64,000 nt of DNA from NCBI GenBank assembly GCA_049325335.1, contig JBMOMC010000002.1, positions 46,612 to 110,611 of the forward strand, given 5' to 3'. Below the pieces are notes generated by a model that was given only the letters and a program-made list of their open reading frames with translations, was not told the DNA's origin and did no database searches. Position numbers and translations under genes: made by a program. The DNA is from Nitrospirota bacterium. Its GTDB lineage: Bacteria > Nitrospirota > Nitrospiria > 2-01-FULL-66-17. This document shows positions 35,264-45,312 of this stretch, piece by piece (positions within the stretch are counted from its first letter, which is position 1; the number at the start of each line of letters is the position of its first letter).

Positions 35264-38103
35264 CGTTCAGCCGCCAAGAGCCTGTCAATGATTGACGAGA
35301 GCGGTTTAGCCGTCAACGTCTCGACATCGATATTCGAAGTGAGTCGCTCGGTTCGCTCTGGACGTTTGTAGAGCGCGGGCCGCAATTCCGCCAGCCGGTC
35401 GTAACTCTTCTTGACCCACTCGTTGTAGGCTCCCGGTTGGCTCGACGCCCGCTGCACGTTGCTGGCATACGCCTGAATCGCCTTTTCTTCAAACGGGAAC
35501 GCTTTCTCTTCCAGTTGGAACTTGTACTCGTCCACCTGTTCCGGGGTGAGTTTCTTCGGGAGTTCGGCTTCGAGCAGCGCGGTCTTGAAGTGTTCGAACA
35601 CCTCGCCCAGGCGGTACGCGGACGTGGCAACCACCTCCTGGTATCGCGTCTCCGCGGCCCGTGTGTAGAGCGTGATCGTCTTGTCCAACGCCTGAGTCTT
35701 ATTTTTGAGGTTCTTTTTGAACGGCTCCCTCAGGGCGATTTTTTTAAGCGACCGGAACGACTCCTCGGCCTGGTGGAACACGGCTTGCGCCGCGAACTGG
35801 GTGCCGGGTGCCTGTTGTTCCACCTCCGTGAACAGCTTGAGGGCCTCCATGGTCTTCCCCTGGCGCTGCCGGATCATGGCCATCTTCCACCAACCTTCAG
35901 GCGCATCCGGGTGTTTGGGGAACCGCTCGGTGAATTGCGCGAAGACCGCGTAGCTCTTGTCCCATTGGGAGGCCTTTTCGTAATCGACACCGGCGGTCCA
36001 GAGAATCTGTGGCGCCTGCGCGTGGTGTTGGGGTAACGTGGCCGCGGCTTCGAAAGCCTCGGCGGCTTCGCCCCACTGTTCACCTTGTTCGTAAATCAAG
36101 GCGGTTTGGAGCGCGGCTTTTGCGCCGAGGTCGGACGTGGGGTCGCGCTGGACCAGTTGCTGGTAGGCGGCGATCGCCTCGCGCGGCTGCTTGAGCGTTT
36201 CGTACAGACTCGCCGCCTCGAACAACGCGTCGGCCGCCAAGGGGCTCTCCGGGGCTTCGCGCGAGATGGCGGCAAACGTCTTGGCCGCGTCGCTGAGCCG
36301 ATTGGCCTTCTTGTGCTGCTCTCCCTGCTTGTACATGGCCGCGGCCAACAGATCGTTCATCTCGCGCTGCTGGGCCTTGTCCGCTGTCGGGAGGAGCGAC
36401 AGGGTCAGCGCGTACGCCGCGCGAGCCTCGTCGAAACGGCCTTGCCGCATATAGGAGTGGGCGATCAACTTCTGCGCGGTGGCGGTGCCCGTGAAATTGG
36501 GATACCGGGACAAGACCTGCCCCAACATCTCGCGCGCCTCGGCATCGCGTTGCTGGTCGAACAGGATCTCGCCGGACTTGAGCAAGACCGTGGGCGTCCG
36601 GGCATCCTTCGGGAACTGATCCGCGAACCGTTTCGTCAACGCGACGAATCGCTCGTGGCCCTTCTTGTCCTGAAGTTTTTCCGCGGCCACGATGGCGGAG
36701 TACGCGGGTTCTTTGTCCGCCGCGACTCCGGGATAGCTGTAGGCCACGGCTTCGTACGCCGCGGCCGCCTGCGCATACTCCTGCAACGCCATCAGGGATT
36801 CGGCGTACAGCAGATGGACTTCCCGCGTGTCCTTTTCCTCAGGGAACTCCGCGAGGAACTGGCGATACCATCCGACTGCTTCCCGATACTGCTCGGCCTG
36901 TTTGCTCTCCCGCGCAGCGGCATGCGCGGACACCCCGAGCCGGTACAGACTGTCTTTGACCAAGGGGCGCGAGCGGGCTCGACCGGCCTCGTCGGTGGCC
37001 TTGTACCAGACGCTGGTGCTCAGGTACCCGTTCACGAGTGCGATTCTGGCGTCACGCGCGGCTTCGGGATCCCTCTCCTTCTCGTACGCCTCGATGACAT
37101 ACGACGCGAAGATGGGCGCCATGTCGTGCATGGGATGCTGTTGTACGAACGTCCGGTAGGTCGCAATCGCCTGCTGCCGGTTCCCCTCACCCAGATATTG
37201 GTTCCCCATCATGAGGTAGAGATCTTTCTCGTAGAGCGCGATCCCGTGTTGTTTGAAATAGTCGGCCATGGGTTGCGGCCCGCCCAACCCCCGGAATGAA
37301 ATAGCCACGTACGTCAGCGCTTCCCACACGAGGGACCCGGAGTCGGCGGCCGTGGCCGGTTGTCCGGCGGTCTTCTTGTCCACGAGGTACAAGAACTGAT
37401 CGACCGCGTGCGGGTATGCGCGGAGATTGAAGTAGGTCCACCCGAGTTTGTACCGGGCCCGGTCTTGAAGGACCGGATCGTCGAGCCCAATCGTCTGCTC
37501 ATAGGCGTCAGCCGCCTGCTCGAATCGACGGCCGTCAAAGTCGGATTCGCCGATACGGAAATATGCTTCCTGGAGGTGGGGACTGGTCGGGTATTCCGCG
37601 ACCAACTTACTGAGCAACGGCTGGGCCAGGTCCCGACGCCCGGTCTCCGAGTAGGCACGGGCCAGACCGTACAGCACGTCGTCCTGCGCATGAAATGTCG
37701 GATCGGTTTCGAGCAACGTCCGGTAGGTCGTGATCGCGTCGTCGTAATTGACCAGCGGCGGGGGGCCTTGTGGGTCCTTCTCATACGCCTCCATCGCCGA
37801 GAGAAATTGCTGGTGCGCGCGTTCAAGATACAGATCCCCGAGCCGTTTGAGTGCCTCGGATCGCAGGACGGGGTCCACGGTTCCGTAATCCTTGAGAAAG
37901 CCTTCATACCCTGTGATCACGTCGGCTTTGCGAACCACGGGCAACGGCGCGCTCGAAGCCGCGTTTACGGCCTCCGAGTCCACGCGCAACACGCCGTGAT
38001 CCTTCGCGCTTGCGCAGGCCGTCAGCAGGCATGTGAGGCCGGCGAGAGACCACGTGGTCGCGGTGTGAAAAACACGGTGTTTCATTGGCTCGCCATATCC
38101 CAC
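35260..38103 (-). CDS. large TPR-repeat protein (947 aa), secreted
   Basis: Signal peptide then TPR-like helical repeats throughout. Confidence 0.8.
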   Translation of the reverse strand: MGYGEPMKHRVFHTATTWSLAGLTCLLTACASAKDHGVLRVDSEAVNAASSAPLPVVRKADVITGYEGFLKDYGTVDPVLRSEALKRLGDLYLERAHQQFLSAMEAYEKDPQGPPPLVNYDDAITTYRTLLETDPTFHAQDDVLYGLARAYSETGRRDLAQPLLSKLVAEYPTSPHLQEAYFRIGESDFDGRRFEQAADAYEQTIGLDDPVLQDRARYKLGWTYFNLRAYPHAVDQFLYLVDKKTAGQPATAADSGSLVWEALTYVAISFRGLGGPQPMADYFKQHGIALYEKDLYLMMGNQYLGEGNRQQAIATYRTFVQQHPMHDMAPIFASYVIEAYEKERDPEAARDARIALVNGYLSTSVWYKATDEAGRARSRPLVKDSLYRLGVSAHAAARESKQAEQYREAVGWYRQFLAEFPEEKDTREVHLLYAESLMALQEYAQAAAAYEAVAYSYPGVAADKEPAYSAIVAAEKLQDKKGHERFVALTKRFADQFPKDARTPTVLLKSGEILFDQQRDAEAREMLGQVLSRYPNFTGTATAQKLIAHSYMRQGRFDEARAAYALTLSLLPTADKAQQREMNDLLAAAMYKQGEQHKKANRLSDAAKTFAAISREAPESPLAADALFEAASLYETLKQPREAIAAYQQLVQRDPTSDLGAKAALQTALIYEQGEQWGEAAEAFEAAATLPQHHAQAPQILWTAGVDYEKASQWDKSYAVFAQFTERFPKHPDAPEGWWKMAMIRQRQGKTMEALKLFTEVEQQAPGTQFAAQAVFHQAEESFRSLKKIALREPFKKNLKNKTQALDKTITLYTRAAETRYQEVVATSAYRLGEVFEHFKTALLEAELPKKLTPEQVDEYKFQLEEKAFPFEEKAIQAYASNVQRASSQPGAYNEWVKKSYDRLAELRPALYKRPERTERLTSNIDVETLTAKPLSSIIDRLLAAER

Positions 38104-40010
38104 AGACGAATTTGGTTGAGCCGCGCCGCGGCGGCCATGGTTTCGATCCGCCCGTGGCGTTGGTCCACGGCTTTGACCAACAGGGCTTGCAGCGGCGGGA
38201 GGAGTTCGGCCCGCGCCGCGGTTAATCGGCGTTGGTGCGCAACCAAATCGCGTCTGATGTCACGGATGTCGCTGCGGAACGTGCCGAGTCGGTTTTCAAT
38301 GCCCGCAATGGATTCCACCAACTTCCGTTGATCGCGATCCGCCTGCTCAAGGTCCTCGTGCAATCGGTTTAACGCACGTTGAAGGTCGTCGCGTCGTCCC
38401 GGGACGTCGGTGGCAATGGTCCATACACGCTCGCCATAGAGCACATCGAGCCAGCGATCGGTCGTTTGCCACTGCGCCCGAAGGTCGTGGAGCCGGTCAC
38501 GCACGGCAGGTGTTCCGTCGTCCATCCGTCGGATGGATTCTCCGACCGCACGGCTCTTCCGCCGAGCGTCTTCCAGCTCGTCGAGCGCGGGGCGCTCAGC
38601 GCCCGATGCCCAGTTCCGCGCGGTCTCGTGCCGGACAGCCTGCTCGATCGCGGTTTGCAACACAGCCTCTCGCTGCGTGAGCGGGGCCACGGGGCTTTCA
38701 TCGAGAAAGCCTTGCACAATGGGCACGCGCTCGCGAAAAATCGCTTGTCGATGCTCGAGCATCACGTCGAAGACGGCCGTGTCCTCGAGTTTTCGGGCCA
38801 GGTAGTGCTCAAGGGCCGCGAGTTCGCCGTATTGTTTGACCCAGTATCGGAGTCCGTCGTCTTCCAGGATCGGAGCGAGGGGACTCCGCATCACTGCGTG
38901 GAAGTCCGTAAACAGCGCGTCCAATTGATCGCGATCTCGGATCAGGGATTTGATCGCAAGAAGGTTCTGCTGTGTCCGCTGGTAGGTGTCCAGGGCCGTG
39001 ACATACGATTCGAGCGCCTTGGCGTGTTGTCCCAGGCGGTCGTAGCAATGGCCGATCGTGGTGAGGGCTTCCAGCGCATAAGGATGGTCGGGGGCCGCGC
39101 GTACGAGCGCTAAAAACGCGGCAAGCGACTCGTTGTACCGCTTGCGATACAAATGAGCCCAACCTAAGCCGAACGTCGCGTCGGGGTAGAACCGGCTGCT
39201 CGAAGGCACGGAGGCCAAGGTCGGGACCGCGTTGTCGTACCACCCGGTCTCGGTGAACAACAATCCCAATGTCACTCGGCTCTTCTCGGCAAGGGCTTGG
39301 CGTTCCGCGTCGTCCTCGGGGGTGAACGCGCCCGCGCCTTCGAGCAGGCGGATCGCGGCCGACACGTCGGCCAGTTGCATCCGGGATTTGGCCGACGCCA
39401 GCGCGGCGAACGGGCGGTACGCGCTGGAAGTCGGAACCGTCGCGAACGCGCGCAGCGATTCGTCGAATTGCCCCAGCGCGTAATGGCTCATTCCGGCGAA
39501 GTAGGCGGCTTGGTCAAGCGATGCGAATGTCGGATCGCGATCAAGTCGCTTGTACGTGGACACCGCAGCCTCGTACAAGGATCGCGAGTATTGGAGCCGT
39601 TCGATCAGCAGCAACACCTGGTTACGGTCGTTTCCCGGTGGGAATGTGGCAACGAGCTGATCAAAGATGGTTCTGGCGGACCGGTGAAGGCCCCATGCCA
39701 GATAGAGGCTGCCCCGAAGCAGGCGGGTCTCGTTGAGCAGGCTGGGCTCGTTCTGAACCCCCTTTTCCATCAGCTTCAGTCGAGTCGCGGACGTCAGGTA
39801 GTCCTCCAGAAAGAAGTGGTAGTAGGCTTCTTTCTTAAGCGAGGCCACGGTGGCGGGGGATACGGGGGAGACCGGCCATGCCTCGGCCGTGGTCGCTCCG
39901 ACCTGGAGGGTGTCGGAAGCCGCAGCAAGGGGCGTGGTGCCATCCCCGGCAAAGGCCGGGAACGCCCACGCGCCGAGACTCAGGACAAGGATGTTAATGC
40001 CACGCTTCAT
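38082..40010 (-). CDS. TPR-repeat protein (642 aa), secreted
   Basis: Signal peptide; TPR-like repeats and coiled-coil C-terminal region. Confidence 0.7.
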   Translation of the reverse strand: MKRGINILVLSLGAWAFPAFAGDGTTPLAAASDTLQVGATTAEAWPVSPVSPATVASLKKEAYYHFFLEDYLTSATRLKLMEKGVQNEPSLLNETRLLRGSLYLAWGLHRSARTIFDQLVATFPPGNDRNQVLLLIERLQYSRSLYEAAVSTYKRLDRDPTFASLDQAAYFAGMSHYALGQFDESLRAFATVPTSSAYRPFAALASAKSRMQLADVSAAIRLLEGAGAFTPEDDAERQALAEKSRVTLGLLFTETGWYDNAVPTLASVPSSSRFYPDATFGLGWAHLYRKRYNESLAAFLALVRAAPDHPYALEALTTIGHCYDRLGQHAKALESYVTALDTYQRTQQNLLAIKSLIRDRDQLDALFTDFHAVMRSPLAPILEDDGLRYWVKQYGELAALEHYLARKLEDTAVFDVMLEHRQAIFRERVPIVQGFLDESPVAPLTQREAVLQTAIEQAVRHETARNWASGAERPALDELEDARRKSRAVGESIRRMDDGTPAVRDRLHDLRAQWQTTDRWLDVLYGERVWTIATDVPGRRDDLQRALNRLHEDLEQADRDQRKLVESIAGIENRLGTFRSDIRDIRRDLVAHQRRLTAARAELLPPLQALLVKAVDQRHGRIETMAAAARLNQIRLWDMASQ

Positions 40011-40542
40011 ACCCGAACTCGGGTTGTTTCTTGGCGTCGTCGTCGCGAATGACCAACTTTAAGAAAGCCGCGCCTTTCTCCTTGGCGAGGGGGATGTTCT
40101 CCGCTCGTTTGTAGTCCTGTCCTTGCGGACCTTTGCCCGTAAACACCGCGGCGATTTGATGGTCGCCTGACTTCACGTTACCCATATACAGCCGCTGAAT
40201 CCCGCCCTTTTTGAGCGCGGTGACTTCGCGCTCGGTATACAGGTGCGTGGTCACCATGGTGTCGTCGAGCACCAATTTCACGGAGTCTAAGACGAAGTAA
40301 TTCCCGCCCTCGACGCTCAGGAAAATCACCAACGAGGAGTCCTCCGGATACAACAGATCTTCCTGGAGTCGAAAGAGCCGCGTGTTGAGATCGAGCACGT
40401 CGTCTTTTAATCGCTGGATCTTCACGTCCAATGCCTCGATGTCGCGTTCAGGATTGGGAGGTTCCTCCGCCCGCGTGGGGAACCCCGTCGTGAAGACGAA
40501 CGAAAGACACCAGAATCCGACGAGTGCGTGAAATGGTTTCAT
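39994..40542 (-). CDS. hypothetical secreted protein
   Basis: ATG 40542 overlaps apbE stop (ATGA); signal peptide MKPFHALVGFWCLSFVFT; ORF-track N-terminal extension lies inside apbE. Confidence 0.5.
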   Translation of the reverse strand: MKPFHALVGFWCLSFVFTTGFPTRAEEPPNPERDIEALDVKIQRLKDDVLDLNTRLFRLQEDLLYPEDSSLVIFLSVEGGNYFVLDSVKLVLDDTMVTTHLYTEREVTALKKGGIQRLYMGNVKSGDHQIAAVFTGKGPQGQDYKRAENIPLAKEKGAAFLKLVIRDDDAKKQPEFGYEAWH

Positions 40543-41585
40543 CAGGGTTCCTTCCCGTGTTCCATAAGTTTTGCCCCGAGGCCGAGTCCCGCCAGCCCCG
40601 AGGACAGGTGCATGTCGCCGTTTCGGTCGATGATGATCGCCTCCACGTCGTCCAGTTGTTCGACCAGCGCCAGGCCTTGTTCCGGGCCCAGCACGAATAC
40701 GGTTGTCGACAACGCGTCGCTGGTCATCGCGTCCGTCGCCAAAATGGTGGCGCTGCGAGATTTCTTCGCGGGATATCCGGTGGTCGTGTCGAGAATATGG
40801 TGGTAACGCACGCCGTCTTTGACGAAGAATCGTTCGTAGTCTCCGGACGTGGAAACAGCCTGGTCTTCGAGCGGCAACACCGCGAGAATGCCGTCGGCCT
40901 TGTCCGGATCCCGAAGCCCGATTCGCCACAAATCGTCGCCGTTTGTGCCCCGGATCAGCGTGTCACCGCCCGCCATGACCATGGCGTTGTGGACTCCGTG
41001 TGCGTTGAGCACGGCCATGGCCCGGTCCATGGCGTACCCTTTGCCGATCCCGCCGAGGCCGATCTCCATCTCACGCGCAGGGAGAAACACCGTGGAGTGG
41101 TCGTCGTCGACGCGGACCTTCCGATAATCCACAAAGGGGAGCTGGGCCTTCACGGCGGCGGGGTCGGGGATCACGCCCGCGCGAAAGTTCCAAAGTTTTC
41201 CGACCGACGCGAAGGAAATGTCGAACGCGCCGTCGGAGAGTCGGGAGAAAAACAGCGAGCGTTGAATCACCTGCAACAATTCGCGACTCACCGCAACCGG
41301 CGCCACCCCGGCCTGTTGATTGATCCGGGACAGTTCGGTCTCCGGCAGAAAATTGCTCATGAGCCGTTCCAGACGGGAAACCTCGTCGAACGCGGCGTTG
41401 ACCGCGCGCCGCAGTTGTTCGCGATCGTTACCCACGGCTTTCACGATCACCTGGGTTCCCATCAACGCGCGCTCTTCGGACACGAGTACGGGTCGGGAAG
41501 GCGGCGTGACGGCCTGAACCGGCGCCACCGCTGCGCCGGCCAGCAGTACGTTAGTAAGTAAAGCCAACGCTCGTGTGTAGGACAT
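40542..41585 (-). CDS. apbE: FAD:protein FMN transferase (ApbE family)
   Basis: Signal peptide; ApbE-family pattern (GGIGKGYAMD, SGDYERFF...RYHHILD). Confidence 0.8.
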   Translation of the reverse strand: MSYTRALALLTNVLLAGAAVAPVQAVTPPSRPVLVSEERALMGTQVIVKAVGNDREQLRRAVNAAFDEVSRLERLMSNFLPETELSRINQQAGVAPVAVSRELLQVIQRSLFFSRLSDGAFDISFASVGKLWNFRAGVIPDPAAVKAQLPFVDYRKVRVDDDHSTVFLPAREMEIGLGGIGKGYAMDRAMAVLNAHGVHNAMVMAGGDTLIRGTNGDDLWRIGLRDPDKADGILAVLPLEDQAVSTSGDYERFFVKDGVRYHHILDTTTGYPAKKSRSATILATDAMTSDALSTTVFVLGPEQGLALVEQLDDVEAIIIDRNGDMHLSSGLAGLGLGAKLMEHGKEP

Positions 41586-42687
41586 GGGCTCTCTGCGAGT
41601 ACAGTGCGCCGGTGCGCGGGTCCGTAAAGTTGTCGTAGTCGTACATCAACAATGCGTAGCTGAACAGGACCGACATGTTTTCCAGCCCGTGCCACTTGAA
41701 CCCTTGGGGTTTGTATTGAAGCGATCCGCCGATCCAGTGGTCGGAGAAGCGTGATAACTCCTTGTCCCGGGCCTTGTAGATCTGGGTGGCCGGGACCCGG
41801 TCCCCGTAAAAACTGGCCTCGCCCTGACGGTAATATCGATAAAACACGCCGCCGAGCCAATCGGCGCGTATGTACCGCTGATATTCCACCTTGCCGGTAT
41901 GGGACCTGACCTCAAAGGTGTCCTGGTAGTACCGATAATCGATCTGGATGGCGCTGCGCCGCCCGATCGACACGTTGTCCGCTGATCCGGGATCAAACCC
42001 ATAACTGGTTCGCAGCGCCCACGCGTGCCCGGTCCGTGATTCAGGATACCGTTCAGGAGCAAACGCCTCGCTGTCGAGGATCGCGCTGCGGTACGGATTG
42101 TTGAGAAAACCGGAGTCAGCCGTGTTTTCATAGTTGATCTGCCCCAACCAACGAGGGGTCAATGACTGACTCAGCCCGACCGCATAAATCGTTCGGTTGG
42201 CGTGTTCCTGCCCGAACGCGGGATCGCCGTTTTTGCCGATCTCATCCCAGGAGCGAGCAAGCCGGAAAGTGAGCGTGGCGTTCTTCTCGAAGAGGTCGTG
42301 CGCCATGGCCACGGCGAACGTGTTTGAGGTGTAGTCGGACTCGTGGCTCCGCGTGTAGTTGATTCCGGTGAGGATGTCCTCGTGCAGGACGTCGGCGCCC
42401 AATGAATATTCGGTCCGCTGTTCGCGGTACGGGCTGGCCTGGGTCACCACGTCGATCGATGCCGAGCTGACCAGATCCACCCTGGCGCCGGCCTTGACCG
42501 ACAGGCGGTTGAGCAATTCCTTCTTGACGATCATGGCCGGTCCTTGAACCGTAATACCGCCGCCGCTGTAGAGGTTGTAGCCGATCGCCATATCGTCTTG
42601 GGGAGGCTCCACGGCCTCCGCGGTACCGAGCAGCCCGGCCAGCAGCGCCGCACAACCGCCGGCTTGCATGCACGCGCGCGCGTTCAC
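41551..42687 (-). CDS. DUF3570-like outer-membrane beta-barrel protein
   Basis: Signal peptide; alternating beta-strand pattern ending in aromatic residue. Confidence 0.6.
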   Translation of the reverse strand: MNARACMQAGGCAALLAGLLGTAEAVEPPQDDMAIGYNLYSGGGITVQGPAMIVKKELLNRLSVKAGARVDLVSSASIDVVTQASPYREQRTEYSLGADVLHEDILTGINYTRSHESDYTSNTFAVAMAHDLFEKNATLTFRLARSWDEIGKNGDPAFGQEHANRTIYAVGLSQSLTPRWLGQINYENTADSGFLNNPYRSAILDSEAFAPERYPESRTGHAWALRTSYGFDPGSADNVSIGRRSAIQIDYRYYQDTFEVRSHTGKVEYQRYIRADWLGGVFYRYYRQGEASFYGDRVPATQIYKARDKELSRFSDHWIGGSLQYKPQGFKWHGLENMSVLFSYALLMYDYDNFTDPRTGALYSQRAHVLHTSVGFTY

Positions 42688-42911
42688 CGGCAGCCGCAGC
42701 CCCCGCCGCTTCCGCTAAACCCGCCGCGCGATCCCTCCAACACTTCTTCGATGTGCACGTGCCATTCCGCCTGGAGGACGTTGGCGTCGAACTGCATGAT
42801 TTCGTCCGCGAGGTACTCTCGCTGCCACGGCTTCACCGCGGAGCAACCCGCGAGCAGGGCGCTGATCATCACGGTCGCAAGCACGAGGGCCTTCGCGGTC
42901 ACCGGCGTCAC
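42684..42911 (-). CDS. DUF4266-like small lipoprotein
   Basis: 75 aa, lipobox LAGC, C-terminal GGGCGC signature. Confidence 0.6.
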   Translation of the reverse strand: MTPVTAKALVLATVMISALLAGCSAVKPWQREYLADEIMQFDANVLQAEWHVHIEEVLEGSRGGFSGSGGGCGCR

Positions 42912-43432
42912 TCCTTGAGCAATGCGCGGATTTCGGATTCGTACCGATCCGGGTCGGCGGGCCCAAACCCCCAGTGCACGTGACGAAGGGTCCCGTCCTT
43001 GGCCACGACGAACGTGGTCGGCATGGAGCGAATCTGGTACAGGTCCGATGTGCTCCCGGCCGGATCGAGCAACACGGGGAACGACAGGCCGAGCGCGGCG
43101 CTCAGGTGCGAGGCCTGGGAGGACACCTTGTCGATATTGACGCCGAGGACTTCCAACCCGAGGTTCTGATACCGACGATACAGGACGTTGAAATACGGGA
43201 GTTCCTCTTTACACGGCGTGCACCACGTGGCCCAAAAATTCACGAGCACCACCCGTCCGCGCAGTTCGCTCAACTTCACGTTGCCGCCGGTCGAGCGCTT
43301 CAGCGTGAAGTCGGGCGCCTTCTTTCCCGCGCGGGGGATCTCGCTTGAAACGGGTGGCGCCAACAGCAGCACACTCAACAACGAGGCGGCCAACAACGAG
43401 ACAATGCGAATCGTACGCATCGGGTTCCTCAA
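42908..43432 (-). CDS. TlpA-family thiol:disulfide oxidoreductase
   Basis: Signal peptide; thioredoxin fold with WATWCTPCKEE active site. Confidence 0.85.
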   Translation of the reverse strand: MRNPMRTIRIVSLLAASLLSVLLLAPPVSSEIPRAGKKAPDFTLKRSTGGNVKLSELRGRVVLVNFWATWCTPCKEELPYFNVLYRRYQNLGLEVLGVNIDKVSSQASHLSAALGLSFPVLLDPAGSTSDLYQIRSMPTTFVVAKDGTLRHVHWGFGPADPDRYESEIRALLKE

Positions 43433-44079
43433 AAGAATAGGACGAGGGCGAGGGTGCCCTCGATGTTGTACGTGAGTTTGTTCACGCCCGTGACATCGGT
43501 TTCGAACATATGAAACCGCAGGTCGGGCCTCACGTTGAACCAGTCCGTGACAAAGATTTTGAACCCGGTCCCCGCATTGGCGCTGAAGTGGCTGCGGTCA
43601 TCCATGGTGACCTGGCCTAAGCCGCCCGCCAGATAGATGGCGGAGTTGATGGTGCGTTTGCGCGTGAGAAAGAGTTGGCCCGGGAAGAGATCGTAAGAGA
43701 CGCCGACGTTCCAGTATGAGAGATCGTCATTGACCAATAACGAGCGGCCCGTCAGCCGGCGAAACGCGGATTGATCGACTTGCGAGATCGCGTAACTCGC
43801 CTCGAACGCGACATCTTCGTTGACGTGATAGGTGAGTCGCAGTCCGAACACGGAGGATGCGCCGAAGCCGTCGGGCGCGTAGATGCCGGCGTACGGACCC
43901 AACTCAAACCGTTCGGTGTCCAGGCGCGCTTCTTTGAGCCGCCGATCGTCGCTCGGCGGCTTGATGACGGGTTCCTCCTCGATCGGCAGGCCCTGACCGA
44001 ATGCCGATGATCCGAGATCCACGCCCGCGCCGATTACCAGACCCATCCCCACCGCCATCCATGTCCGCCACGTCATCAT
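43429..44079 (-). CDS. outer-membrane beta-barrel protein
   Basis: ATG 44079 gives signal peptide MMTWRTWMAVGMGLVIGAG; amphipathic strands, C-terminal Phe. Confidence 0.5.
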   Translation of the reverse strand: MMTWRTWMAVGMGLVIGAGVDLGSSAFGQGLPIEEEPVIKPPSDDRRLKEARLDTERFELGPYAGIYAPDGFGASSVFGLRLTYHVNEDVAFEASYAISQVDQSAFRRLTGRSLLVNDDLSYWNVGVSYDLFPGQLFLTRKRTINSAIYLAGGLGQVTMDDRSHFSANAGTGFKIFVTDWFNVRPDLRFHMFETDVTGVNKLTYNIEGTLALVLFF

Positions 44080-44084
44080 GGTCG

Positions 44085-44807
44085 CTAGAAGTGGAACACC
44101 AATCCCGCGCTGTACTCTTGGAACTCCCTGGTGCGTTCGGTGGTCATGAACAGGGTGAAATGTCGGACGTCCACGCGCCCCTCCAGGTTCCGGAACAGCG
44201 GAACGATGACTCCGACGCCGGCATGCATGGTGGGAAACGTGCCGGAGTCGGCGTTGACCAACAGGGTGGTGGGCGTGACGTGCGCGACGCCCCCGCCCAT
44301 GGCGGCGTTGACCGCCAGCCACGACGCGCGCCACGGGGTTACCACGATCCCTCCGTGGTAGAGTTGCGTGCTGCCCAAGTCCCCGGCCCCAAAGCCTCCG
44401 GTCGCTTCGAACGCGAGATGGTCGGTGAGCGTGTGCGTGAACCGCACGCAGAGGACCGGATCACCCGCGAACGTGCCGGCGCTCCACCCCAATGCGGTAC
44501 GGCCCGCGATGAAGTCGTCATAGATTCGCTCGGTCCAACGCTTGCGGTATCCGGATGCCATCAAGGTTTTTTCGATCTCGCGTCGATGGGCCCATCCCAC
44601 GGTTCCGTTGCGGAGACGGATTTCGTACCAGTCCACGCGTTGTTTGAGCAGCCGGATGGTTTCGCCTTTCTCCGCGATATAAAAGACCGGGTAGCTGCTT
44701 CCCGGTCCGGTATGGATTTCCAGAAACGGTTCGACCACCGCGGCTTCCCGGAAGACGGGCTCCTTTCCGAACGCGACGGCGGGGCCGACCATCAGCCCCA
44801 CCGCCAT
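44085..44807 (-). CDS. SH3-like domain + outer-membrane beta-barrel protein
   Basis: ATG 44807 (MAVGLMVG); bacterial SH3-like segment then barrel strands ending in Phe. Confidence 0.45.
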   Translation of the reverse strand: MAVGLMVGPAVAFGKEPVFREAAVVEPFLEIHTGPGSSYPVFYIAEKGETIRLLKQRVDWYEIRLRNGTVGWAHRREIEKTLMASGYRKRWTERIYDDFIAGRTALGWSAGTFAGDPVLCVRFTHTLTDHLAFEATGGFGAGDLGSTQLYHGGIVVTPWRASWLAVNAAMGGGVAHVTPTTLLVNADSGTFPTMHAGVGVIVPLFRNLEGRVDVRHFTLFMTTERTREFQEYSAGLVFHF

Positions 44808-44848
44808 GATGCAGATCCCGAGTCCCCATCCCGCAATCACCCGCGCCC

Positions 44849-45310
44849 TCAAAGCGGGTTCTGGATCCAGCCCAAGATCGCGACATAATCCGCGTCCGTC
44901 GCGCTCATGAAGATGTCTCCCCCCAGGTGCTGAATCCCGCCCGCCGCGAGCGCCAATGGTTTGGTGAGCAGTTTGCTGGTCGTCGGGTTGGCGAGGTTGG
45001 CCATGCCCGCGGCCGAGTCGCTGTTGGCGAGCAACTGATCCGCGGTGCAGGAGTTTCCCGAACAGTCGAACACCCGAAAACTCCCGCCGGGTCCTCCCGA
45101 ATTCGGGTTGTCCTTGTCCCGGTAGTGGCACCCGCCCTGCGAGCAACTGCGCGCGTCGAGGATCGATTGAATCGCCGTGGCAAATACCGACTGATCCAAT
45201 TGACCGAGCGCCTCCTGCTCGCCGGGTTCCACGTGCCCGCAACCCGTTCCGAACCACGCCGTCATCATCGCGCACGCAAGTATACCCCTCGTGTGTGATC
45301 GGCCCGCCAT
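44849..45310 (-). CDS. small secreted cytochrome-c-like protein, paralog of the C-terminal module of 45313..47745
   Basis: Cys-rich; CSQGGCH (Cx4CH) at the position of CASCH in the paralog; shared C-terminal TDADY(V/A)(A/T)IL(G/N)WI. Confidence 0.5.
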   Translation of the reverse strand: MAGRSHTRGILACAMMTAWFGTGCGHVEPGEQEALGQLDQSVFATAIQSILDARSCSQGGCHYRDKDNPNSGGPGGSFRVFDCSGNSCTADQLLANSDSAAGMANLANPTTSKLLTKPLALAAGGIQHLGGDIFMSATDADYVAILGWIQNPL

Positions 45311-45312
45311 CC